A DNA stretch of 64,000 nt from assembly GCF_040938485.1 (NCBI RefSeq), contig NW_027270896.1, forward strand, positions 5,270,001-5,334,000, in the 5' to 3' direction. This document shows positions 1 to 10,560 of this stretch, in pieces. How positions within the stretch are numbered: the stretch's first letter is position 1; each line of letters opens with the position of its first letter. The notes under the pieces were generated by a model. It made no database searches. It saw only the letters and a list, made by a program, of their open reading frames with translations, and was not told the DNA's origin. The DNA is from Diadema antillarum. Its lineage: Eukaryota. The translations under genes were made by a program, and so were the position numbers.

Positions 1-114
1 TTTCCACACCACAAAACATTTCTTTATTTTAACAGCATTGCTTTACAGTCAGAATAAAGATTCCCCTTCTTAAAATTTTCCTTTGCATTTTGTCCTGGGT
101 TTTATCTTTAAAAG

Positions 115-3100
115 CTTGGTGGGTTTGAACCCGTGGAGCAGGCCTATCTTGACGTTCTGAGCCGATCCGAGGAGTGGGAGAAAAGTCGGAGCAAGGTTCG
201 CCTCATCCAGCTTATGGCAGTCTTCTTCACCACGCTGGGTCTGTTGAGGGGGGCAAGGTAAGGGGGACTCTTCTTCTGTCTCAGGGTCAGTGGCTAGCAC
301 TACTTCAACCCGTTGAGGATGAGTCCCAAGTAATACTAGGGTAGGTGTCTATGGGAAATGTATATTGTAGCAAAATCAGTCCGTCCTCAGAGGTTTTAGA
401 AGAAGTAGGAGCGCACTCCAGGACATGAATACTCGGAATTATAGGAAAAGCACCGCAACTTCTTACAGAATATCATGGATCTGATTTAGAAAACACTCTG
501 AAATCATTCATTGGCAATTTTACTGATGAGTGCACTTTAAGCAGGTTGGGAGCAACCACCAAAATTTAGTTGCCATGACAACTAACAGTTGTTGCGATTT
601 GAATTTGATGTGGTGCTCTTTGGACGTGGGTCCCCTTGATACGTAAATATCATTCATATTGTTGTGTATTTTCATGGCAACATTTTATGCTTCTCAGGAG
701 ATATTTTCATACTGTCCATGTCAGAAGAGAGAGAAAGAAAAGAAAAAAAGGGAAAAACCACCACAAAAAAACCTCCTCGGATGAAGTGTGTTGTGTCTGG
801 TAAAGCTACATAATTGTACCTTAAGGCATGTAATCACTGTATTGTTTCTTTCTCTCTGTTGGAGCTGTTTTGAGTGCAAACTTCTGGTACAGTATATCTT
901 ACAATATTCTGAGTAGTACATGGATGGAGAAGAACAAATTCCTATGATGCTGATTGATTTGTAATCCCTACAGGGCACTCTGGTTACAACGCACACAGTG
1001 CCACTGATATTAAAAAAAAAAAATCCTTTTAATGCAAGGAAATAGACATGCAGCTCACACAGTTATAATTACCAACATCTAATACAGAATACTGTTATGA
1101 CAAACTTTCTTTACAAGGAAATAAACATTCAGGTCACACAATTACTATCCTATCATCTATTGCAAAACTTCATTTGATAGTTACAATGAAATATCAGCAT
1201 ACCTGAAGAAATCTACCTGAGCTTCCAGAGACACTTTGTTATAACAGGAGTCGCCTGTATTACATTTTATGAATTACTTCACTGTGGTGTATTTTGTCTT
1301 CCATCAGAGTGTTAAACGAGCGTCTGCTGAAAGAGATGGAGCTCCAGTACCTCGTGGAGCACTCCACCGTGGTCCAACATCACTTCCACTACAACACCAA
1401 GCACCGGTGTAACCACCCTGTCGTCATTGATGTAAGTATTATAATTATGTGACCCTGCACCTCAAAACAAACAAAAAGTCGCCAGACATGAATTTTTAGT
1501 TAAGACCATATTCTGAAAGAGGAGACTTTAAGCTTTCAAATGAAGTATAACTCAAATCAAATGGACTCTCCTAACCTATCAAAATATTGGAAAGAAAGCA
1601 CAAACTCAGGGAAAGTGTAAACTGAGAAAAGAGACTCTGAACTACAGTGTCTATTCAAGCGCTTAATCTTTACCAAACCGTGCTGGCTGTGCGATGAATG
1701 GGACAAAAAACAGGAAGTAAACCACCAGAGTAACAACAATGAAGAGATTATCAGATTAAACTGAAATTAAGCATGCCTCATTAACACATTCTGTCCATAA
1801 TTAATGCCAACTTTCAAAACAGTAGCACTATCCTTTCAAAAGTTATAGAGTTGAAAGTGTAGAGTGTGGACAAGGTTTTTCAGAAATGAAAAAGGGATTC
1901 TAAAGACACACCTAATCACACTATTCTACCAAAAATGTTCGAGATAAACTGCTAAAAAAACACACTTTCCTGCCCGTTTTATAATACCAAATTTTAGCAT
2001 AATGTAAAAGAAGACTCGCTCTTTCAGAAAATATGAAAAAGTCAAGTTCGGCTAGGTTGACCCATTTCACTTATTTTCAGTCCTCACGCAAAATCAGTGT
2101 GTGCGACTTTATGTTCGTTTTGAGGTGCACGGTCACATATGTCCTTAACTCTTTCAGTACGAGAGACTATGGACATTGTATGCATTGCTTCAGGGCTTTC
2201 TGTGCCAATCAGCACTCAAAGCACACAGAGTTACTGTAAAACGAGAAATTTTCGCGTGCATTTTAATTTCGCGAATTTCGCGAGCGCCAAAATTCGCGAA
2301 ATTAAAATGCACGCAAAAGTTTTTGTCTACACTACATGCATTGAATGCCACTGGCAATTCGCGAAAATTTCATGCCGCGAAAAAGGCTGTCAGCTCCAAT
2401 TCGCGAAAATTTCATGCCGCGAATATATCATGTTTTACAGTAAGTGTTTTTTAGAAATGCCTGATAAATCATCCGCATGTTATTAATTCTTGTTTGCCAT
2501 GATGGTAACTTGGGACTTAAAGCTTAACCATAGGTACTCTTTAACATCTTATTAAAAGAACCTAACCCGACATTACACTGAGTATATATGAGGTACATTT
2601 GCAATTACAAAGCGCTGAAACACATCATATGTGACCCGCTACAACAAAAGGATCCTAAAGTCGCTGACGGGTGAGCCAAGAAAATCAAGTTTGAAGTCAG
2701 ATCACCCAAATCTGTCAAAACGTTTGGATTTCTGTTTTAACATAATTTTCATCTGCCGAAATTTCGAAGCTAAATGATCACAGGAAAGGCCTGAAAATAG
2801 CATTTTTCTGGGCCATGATTGGCTCGCCCGTCAGCGACTTTAGGATCCTTTTGTTGTAGCGGGTCACATAATTATGTACTTACACCAGACATGGCAAGAA
2901 ACCTTACATTGATTTAAGTGTGCGTTGATGAAGACTGTGTATCGTAATTGTGAGTGAGTGTAGGGAGTGGAGGAGATTGGATTATCAAGAGGGGTCGGAA
3001 TTCTGGAGACGGTTTTATGACAACACCCTCGACTCCTAAGCACAGACTGGAGATAAGACTGAGTCTTTCCATGTCTCACACCCACAGGTCCTCATTGAGC

Positions 3101-6100
3101 TGGGAAACGTGTGCATCAAGCAGGGAAACCTGGAAGCAGCTGACAAACACCTGGAGGACGCCCTCACGAGGCTGACGAAGATCAAGACGCCAGAGCAGAA
3201 ACTGCAGCTAGTGAAAACCTTGATAAGTTTGGGGTGAGTTCATTCTCTGGATGTGAAAACTTGGTGACAGTAGCTGTAGAAATGAAAAGGCAAAGACAAT
3301 GAAAGATCCAGTATCTTCACCATTACAATGTATCATTAAGATGTCAATCAAATTACAGGGATGGTACAGTTTCCATCAAGATGGGCATTTACATACAATG
3401 TAGGTTTCCAATGATTTTTATGATGACTTTTTGAGATAATGAGAAACTTCATATGGACTGTTAAAGTACATATATTTGTAAGAGGAATTCAAAGTTTATT
3501 TGAAGAAAATTGGTTTTGAAATGGCTGAGATATCCAAAACAAAGTGATCCTAGTAAAAAGATGGGCCCCACCTTTTATTAGGAGCGCTTTGTTTACTTTG
3601 TTGTGAGTATCACAGCCATTAACCGATTTACATCAAATAAACTGAATTCCTCTTAGAATTGTCTGAAGTAGTTTTCAGGTGTCTTGCAAGAAGTTAAAAG
3701 CTGAATTTTCACATTAACCAATACTACATTTGTACATCTGTATACTATGCCTTTAAGACCATTAAACGGTGTTGTAGTTTTTTTGTCCAAACTATGCATG
3801 CCTTTCACCAGAGGATATCTTCTTTTGTACAGATTCATCTGTGACATCAAACTAAAACTAGAACCATCGGACAGTATTTTTATTTTTCAGTGGCTCCCTG
3901 ACACTTGATTCTCTGCATTTTTAGTATCCACTTTTAAATCGCATGTTTCTATCTTTTCCTCCCCCCCCCCCAAAAAAAAATAAATAAATAAATAAATAAA
4001 AAAAATAAAAATCTGCTACAGAGCAGTGAAGCGCAAACAAGGTCAAGCTGAACTTGCTAAGAAGATTTTGCAGAAAGCCTTTTCTGTGTCCATTGAGGTC
4101 GTAGGTCATGACCACCACTACACAGCAGCTCTGGTGGGACAGGTAAGTTTACAAATTTCACCTTTCTATCACTATTGGTGGAGATTGTGTTTCTTATGGT
4201 TACAAGTAAAGCCAGTAAAGAGAAACTTTGCCTCATTCACATTAGTGTAGTGTTTGGTGAGTGCTATCAGGAGTCTTAGGGGCATCAAAACAGCAATGAA
4301 CTTGAATGAGTATTTGGGATCTCAGAATTACTCCAAAGCAACTCATTATCTGTGCAAATTGCAACAGCCAGACAAGTTATTTGGTAAATCTTTAAATGTT
4401 TAGCAAGGTAATATCAAATGGTGGAAGATGAAATTGGAGCCCTTCTGAGAGCTGTGTTTACCGTAACCCCAAAGACAAAACAAAAACAAATTGTCAGAAT
4501 ACAAGCCGCATATAATTATGTAGTCTTGATCTCATACCAGAATGTTCTTATAGCGTGGTGTCTGTTCCCATCTCCACTTTAACAGCTTGGTGAGCTGTGC
4601 TACGACCAGAGTCGGCTGGAGGAGGCCAGTCTCTTCCACTGCTGGGACTTCCAGCAGACTAGCAAGGAGACCGGCATGGACCACCCGCGACTGGCGGCCA
4701 TCTTGAACAACCTGGGTCTCGTCCAGGATGACCTCCACGACGCCTCGGCAGAGAACACTTTCAAGCTGGCCCTGGGCATCCTGCTGGAGGCTTATGGGAA
4801 GGATCATGTGGACGTTGCCATCATCAGGTGACTACTGTGGAGTTAAAGAGGGGGGAAAAAACAGGAAGAAAAAGGTTTCTCTCATGACTTTATGATTTGA
4901 CTTGAGTGTTGGGCAAAGTGGGCAGATGAGAGAGGATATGATTATGATGGTATAAATGTGACCGTGCATCACAAAACGAACAAAAAGTCGAATGCAGTGG
5001 TTTTATGTGAGGACTGAAAATAGGTGAAATGGGTCAACCTAGCCAATCTTGAGTTTTTCATATTTTCTTAAAAAGCAAGTCTTCTTCTACATTATGTTAA
5101 AGTTTGGGAGCATAAAACAAACAGGAAACTATGTTTTTCGCAGTTTTTCTCAAACACTTTATTGTTGAACAGTGTGATTAGATGTTTCTTATAGAGTCCC
5201 CTTTTCATTTCTTAAAAACCCTGTACACACTCTTCACTTTCAATGACTGTTTAAGGGATAATACTACTGCGTTGAAAGTTGTCATTAATCATGGGCAAAA
5301 TGTGTTGATAAAGCATGCCTAATTTCAGCTCAATCTGATAATCCCTTTATTATTACTCTGGTGGTTAACACCCTGTTTGTTTGTTTTTTGTCCCATTTAT
5401 GGCGCAGCTAGCGTGGCTTGAAAAGATTAAGCGCTTGAATAGACTCTTTACTTCAGAGCCTCTTTTCTCAGTTCACACTTTTCCAGAGTGTGCGTTTTCT
5501 TTCCAGCATTTAGATAGGTTAGAAGAGTCCATTTGAATTGAGTTATACATCATTTAAAAGCTTAGAGTCTGCTCTTTTAGAATCTGCCCTTAACTAGAAA
5601 TCCATGTCTGGTGACTTTTTGTTTGTTTTGTGGTGCACAGTCACAAATATTATGATGGTATAAGTCAACAAGTGTCTGAGCTGCAGGATATGCTCTGAAG
5701 GATTATTGGCAGAGGACTCTATATTTCTAATTGGGAAGGGGGGGGGGGGGGCAGTGGAAGGGGGCTGAGGTTGATCAAATTGCTTCCTCCCCTTTATTTC
5801 TAACATAGCAGTTTTCAAAGGAATTATGTGGAAATGCTTTCCTTAAAGGGGATGGCTAGTAACTGATCAGTGGGAATGCTGGGGATGATCGTTCCAATTC
5901 TTGTGGGATTCATTTAAGAGTACATTATATATCTATTGTTGTGTGAAAATTATTTGCTTCAGAACGGTCTCATATTCAAGTAATGTGCAGTTTAATGCCC
6001 CATCACTGTACAGGCATGCTAACCTGGAAACATTAAACTGCACATTACTTGAATATGAGACCATTCTGAAGCAAATAATTTTCACACAACAATACAGTGG

Positions 6101-6750
6101 TGTAGATATATAATGTACTCTTAAATTAATCCTACAAGAATTGGAACAATCATCCCCCAGCATTCCCACTGATTCCCACTGATCAGATCAGTTACTAGCC
6201 ATCCCCTTTAACGGCCTACTTTTATAACCTTTCAATTCCTTCCCTGTTTTTGTACTGGTTTGCGGTTGTTAAAACCTGCATTGAATGTAGGTGTGTGTTT
6301 GTATCATTTGGTTTGCAATAGACTTCAAATAACAAGCAAAAAGAATGAATCCACCCAATTTCAAGTCAGATTTATCACTGAATTTACTGTCTGTTCTACA
6401 TAAAAATATGACTCTTGACAAACCTGTCTTTGCACTTGATTGCATGTTGTTTGTTTGTTTATTGGGCGAAGGGTTGCTATATTTTTTTTTTCTTTCTTTC
6501 TTTTTCAGAAAGGGTTTAGCTTTGTTTGGGAAAAAAAAAAGAATTGGGAAATATTTTATTATCATGGCCTTCTCCTTTTTTCTTCAGGTACAACCTTGGA
6601 GCAAGATTCTTTGGCAACAACTACCTGCAGAGAGCCAAATATCAGCTCCAGGAGGCTCATCGTATCTTTGAGCTCTTCCTGGGAGAGGAACACTCATCCA
6701 CAGTGGAAGCCAAGAAAGCTTACAAGATGGTTGAACAGCTCAGTGCTTAG
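115..6750 (+). CDS. 3' part (six exons, 312 aa + stop) of a TPR-repeat protein, nephrocystin-3/TTC41-like (kinesin-light-chain-type TPRs); 5' part lies outside the window
   Basis: Exons 115-257, 1308-1431, 3088-3233, 4022-4142, 4586-4827 and 6588-6750 all have AG/GT boundaries. Phases match (2,0,2,0,2) and sum to 939 nt in one open frame: LGGFEPVEQAYLDVL...VLIELGNVCIKQGNLEAADKHLEDAL...GHDHHYTAALVGQLGELCYDQSRLEEA...GMDHPRLAAILNNLGLV...GKDHVDVAIIRYNLG...LGEEHSSTVEAKKAYKMVEQLSA*. G-x-D-H-P-x-x-A-x-x-L-N-N-L-G motifs are typical of this TPR class. The family assignment is from memory. Confidence 0.88.
307..395. mobile_element. ~90-bp mini DNA element, piggyBac-like ends (second copy at 16644-16732)
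   Basis: AACCCGTTGAGGA...GTCCTCA(ACG)GGTT inverted termini; the internal GGTGTCTATGG..AAATG..TATT...GCAAAATCA.TCCGTCCTC is shared with 16644-16732. Confidence 0.5.
1447..2138 (+). mobile_element. ~690-bp non-autonomous DNA transposon (ATGTGACC termini), copy 1
   Basis: ~37-bp TIR: ATGTGACCCTGCACCTCAAAACAAACAAAAAGTCG / CGACTTTATGTTCGTTTTGAGGTGCACGGTCACAT. A full-length homolog lies inverted at 4956-5647. Confidence 0.85.
2232..2442. mobile_element. ~210-bp MITE with TACTGTAAAAC termini and internal TTCGCGAA repeats/hairpin
   Basis: TACTGTAAAAC...GTTTTACAGTA termini; internal inverted repeat GCGTGCATTTTAATTTCGCGAATTT / AAATTCGCGAAATTAAAATGCACGC. Confidence 0.8.
2628..2870. mobile_element. 243-bp MITE with ~52-bp near-perfect TIRs (ATGTGACC termini)
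   Basis: TATGTGACCCGCTACAACAAAAGGATCCTAAAGTCGCTGACGGGTGAGCCAA matches the reverse complement of the right end with 1 mismatch. Confidence 0.9.
3353..3756. mobile_element. ~400-bp TTAA-flanked palindromic MITE (Kolobok-like), family A
   Basis: Degenerate TTAAAGGG...CCTTTAA ends; core TTGGTTTTGAAATGGCTGAGATATCCAAAA shared with 25890, 50436, 57993 and 58787. Confidence 0.75.
4956..5647 (-). mobile_element. ~690-bp ATGTGACC-terminus element, copy 2 (inverted relative to copy 1)
   Basis: The reverse complement aligns end to end with 1447-2138 at roughly 80-85% identity by eye. Confidence 0.85.
5843..6211. mobile_element. 369-bp TTAA-flanked fold-back element (Kolobok-like ends)
   Basis: TTAAAGGGGATGGCTAGTAACTGATC...GATCAGTTACTAGCCATCCCCTTTAA; arms ~5843-5996 and ~6031-6211 are near-perfect inverted copies. 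Confidence 0.85.
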
Positions 6751-7600
6751 TCCCACAAATACAGTACATTCACGTGCTGCCTGTGAGCTAGGTAACATGC
6801 CAGGGATGTGTCGTGTAGATTATGCGTGCATTAGTGATGAAAGGTATTTGAACAATTTTGTCATTCTCTATCTTTTCTTTGTCTGTATACAGAGCTGCCA
6901 ACTGTTGGAAGCACCAATCATTACTCAGCACCTTTAAAATTAAGTTTGTTTGTTTTTTCACTCGGCACCTTCAAAATTCATATTTTTTCAAATGTCCCCC
7001 TCTTCAACTCTGTCAAAACCTGATTATGTCTGAATGCAGCAGGGAATACATATCACGATGAAGATATTGTTGCTCCAAATTAATTTCTAAAACATTACAT
7101 TAGCTCATCATCTCATCTACAATGGTTGTATCATCATCATTATACTTTAGACCTGTCATTTCAGAACATGAACATTTTGGTTGCAAAGACATCACTTTCT
7201 TTGTCACCAAATGCAAGAGTATCTTGGTAGCAAGGCTAGGCTGAAACTCTGTGAAGTTTTTTCTCACTAGACTGAAGATGCTCTCATCTACAGCATTGCT
7301 ACAAGGAATGCAGATGATTGCTATCATGAGCTAAATAGGCAAGGTACACATTCCTCTGTTCAGAAGTTGATTTATCCTTTAACTTTGAGATCTTCACCCA
7401 CATGTCATCAGCTCTTTCCTTTGGATGCATGTTCACACCAGAGAGATCATCCAATCGATGGTGAGCAAACACGCATTGGATCGGATCCCTCTTGTCTTCC
7501 TACAATTGAAATCTGGTCAGTGGAGAAGGTACACTGACTCAAACTTGGTCTTGAGCCTCTTCCTTGGGTGTGCAACGCTTGCTTGTCTGAGAATCTCATT

Positions 7601-7805
7601 CAGACCTTTCAACAGAACATTTTGAATTCGGAGGAAAGAATTTGAATTTTCATCATTTTAGCTCCTGTTTTAACAGGAGTTTCTTTTTTATGTAGATAAC
7701 TCCACTACACTGTACATGCTCCTACATGTATGGAAAATGCTTCGTCTGTCCTACTTTTAAGCCAAATCAACCCTATTTTTTCAGTGAGAAAAGTTGGGAG
7801 GTCCG
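7601..7805. mobile_element. ~200-bp hAT-type MITE (CAGACCTCCCAAC family) inserted in the transposase remnant
   Basis: Ends CAGACCTTTCAAC / GTTGGGAGGTCCG; CTCATT repeated on both sides (7595-7600, 7807-7812); homologous to 15168-15357. Removing it rejoins DYILKRLSITNE|ILRQASVAHP. Confidence 0.8.
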
Positions 7806-8434
7806 CCTCATTGGTGATTGATAACCTCTTTAAAATATAGTCCTCGCGGAGGAAAAGGAATCAGTATTTTGAGAAATTAAACTTCTCTTGAAGCAAGTAA
7901 GGCGGCAATGTCATGACCAACGATCTTAAGCTCCTTGTGTTTCTTCTGCTTACTCACATCTTTGTAGATGTGATTCTACAGAAAGTCAAAAATGCAGTGG
8001 TTGTTGGCTTGACAAAGTGCAGTAATATTTCTTTCGGTAAGTCCTGATGTTTCCCGCATATAGATGGTGAAGTTTGGATCCATCTTCTTGGGGCCATATT
8101 CTGAGGACGTAATTTGGATTTAACCAACACTTAATTATGGTATTCTAAGAACTTGATTTTAAAGTAGGGGGTATATTAACTACTGTACCCTAGGAACAAG
8201 CGTTTTGGCTGGAAAGTTGTGCATAAAAAGTAAAGAGTAAAAGGGAAATGATAATCCGTAGGCATATATTCATGCAAATTACCAAATCATGGTACATTGT
8301 CTTTGCATACATTTAAAGAATTTTAAAAAGTGTATTATGGTATTTTGCGTGCATGCATCAGCTTGCATTTAGACTAAAACCTCTTTAATCGTAACATGTA
8401 TTTACACTTCTTCATACGGCCTATGCCAGAGTGC

Positions 8435-9048
8435 TTAAATTTTGATAATGCACATTCTAATGCTGATATCACAATTTGAGGAATGCTCACCTCTGTCTTC
8501 TACTCGACCTGTTGCCAAGCCAAGCAAACTAGAGACTGCATCCTCCTCTGATGACAAGGTGTGCGCCCCGGGTTTGAAGAACGATGTACTTGGCATAGAT
8601 GCTCTACTCAAAGATTCTGTATCAGGCTTCTCCGTGGGTTTTACCATATCGACCCCACCTTCTATGGCATCAAGGGCACTCTGTCCGATGAAGTCGAGGA
8701 ACCGCTCTTCCCAAAGTGGCAGCCAGGAGATTCCTCACCTCCGCCGGTCGCATTTGCTACTCTCTTCCTCTGGGCATAGTTCTTTTTTGCCTTTGCCTTC
8801 AAATTGTTCAGCTTTGTCTTTAACTCTTCCACAGTTCGCCTTGAATTTGACACAAGGATGATGGTATCAGTGATATTTTGCCATGCCACTTGCTTCATGT
8901 GCCAGGTTAGATTGGCATTCAACGCTCCTTGCATTACTGCTTTCCTTGAGAACAATTCCATGATGAACACTTCAATTTCTTCCACTGTGAAGTTGTCATT
9001 TCGCTTTTGCTTGTCGTCCTTGTTGGTCTTTTGTAAAGACTTCGGCAT
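8435..9048 (-). pseudogene. Myb/SANT-like DNA-binding protein of PIF/Harbinger type (NAIF1/TSNARE1-like), one frameshift
   Basis: From ATG 9048: KRNDNFTVEEIEVFIMELFSRKAVMQGALNANLTWHMKQVAWQNIT...RRTVEELKTKLNNLKAKAKK...ATGGG. After a frameshift at ~8720-8745 it continues PLWEERFLDFIGQSALDAIEGGVD. Possible weak TIRs TGGTATTCT (8128) / AGAATACCA (9312). Confidence 0.8.
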
Positions 9049-10019
9049 TGTCAGTATTTTCGTTCGGACATACGACAACAATGAAGAAATGTGTACCATT
9101 GGTAATAATGACAACAAGGTGGGATGAATAATGTACATGCTGGTGAAAGGTTGTAAACACAGGGGTAGGGAGCGTGCATTTAGGACATAATGTGCACGTA
9201 ATCATGTTCTTGGCGTATAACGATGTGTGTGATTGGCTGGAATAACATTTAGATGGGAGGTACCTAAAATAATTGTAGGGGACTTCATTCTAATTACATC
9301 CTCAGAATACCAATTTTGTGCATTCCACTCCTAATGCCAATGTAACACAGACCTGTAACAACTGAAATTGATCATATTTGCAGGTTTAATTGACTTACAT
9401 TAGTAAGCATTTTTTTCTATCATGGCTGGTATCCATCTGCCAAGTACAGGTGCATCCTCTGCCTAGCTAAACCTTACTTTCATATGATAATATTCATAAA
9501 CAATTACTAATGGTATTCTTATACACACTAACTAAGAACATTATTTCTTCCAAGCATTTGCAAAGAAAAAGAAATAATCATTGACAAACAATATACAACA
9601 GTCTAATCTTTTATCAAATATTAAATAGAGAAAAAAATGTGCATCAAAACTCATCTGATTAATAGCTTGAGCAGAGGTTTCTCTACAAGTTCTATTCCTC
9701 GATTAATCAAAATCTACGTATCTCTAAACCGCAACATAACTTTTTAGAATGCATGATTAGTAATTTAATTTTTATGTTAATAATTATGCTTTCCTTTTGT
9801 CACAATTTTTTACAATATGAAGAATTGTCAAAACCAGTTGTAGAAAATTATTAAAATGAGGACTAAATCTGGTAGAAGGGTACTCCAGTGAAAGCAAATT
9901 TGACACTCTCCTTTAAACTCACTTCTCTTTCTCTGCGGAGAGGCATTGGTCTCCATCTCATCACTGTTCTCCCCGGGGAGAGCTGGCTGTTGTGAAGGCC
10001 AGTCACATTTGGTGTAGTC

Positions 10020-10560
10020 CTTCTGGTTTTTGTTGCCGAGCTGGTGGCTCATGATGCAGTACTTGCAGTCTTTTGTGTAAACACTGGCAGCTCTTGGTGC
10101 AGTGTTGGTGGCCTTTTGTTTAGCACCAGTGGCTCCTGGTGCAGTGCTGGTGGCTCTTGGTGTACAGCACTGGTAGTTTTTCTTGCAGCACTTTTAGACT
10201 TTTTGTGTAGCACTGGTAGCTCTTGGTGTATCATCGGTGACCTTTTGTGTAGCACTGGAGCTATTGGTGCTACTCCATGGTCTTTAGTGTACAGTGTAGC
10301 ACTGGTGGCCTGTTACACACTGGTGTGTTTTGGTACATTGGTTTAGCAATGATGTAGCTCTTGGTGCAGCACCTGTGGTCTTGTTGTAGCAGTTAAGTAG
10401 TAGTTCTTGGTGCAGAACTGGTGGTCTTTGTCTAGTACTGGTGGCTCCTAGTGCAGCACTGCTGGTCTTTTGTGTAGGACTGGTAGCTCGATCTTAGCGC
10501 AACACTGGTGGTCGTTGTATAGCATGTACTGGTACAAAGGGATCTAGAGCCCGTTGTGCA
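10020..10560. repeat. ~21-bp minisatellite (TGTAGCACTGGTGGCTCTTGG-like); partial duplicate at 11981-12230
   Basis: Recurrent GCAGCACTGGTGG / GCTCTTGGT units; on the minus strand it reads as LHQEPPVLHK-like repeats. Confidence 0.85.

Noticed and set aside
2139-2486. 115-aa and 92-aa ORFs in the TPR gene intron
   Set aside because: Produced by the stop-poor palindromic MITE at 2232-2442; no recognisable domain.
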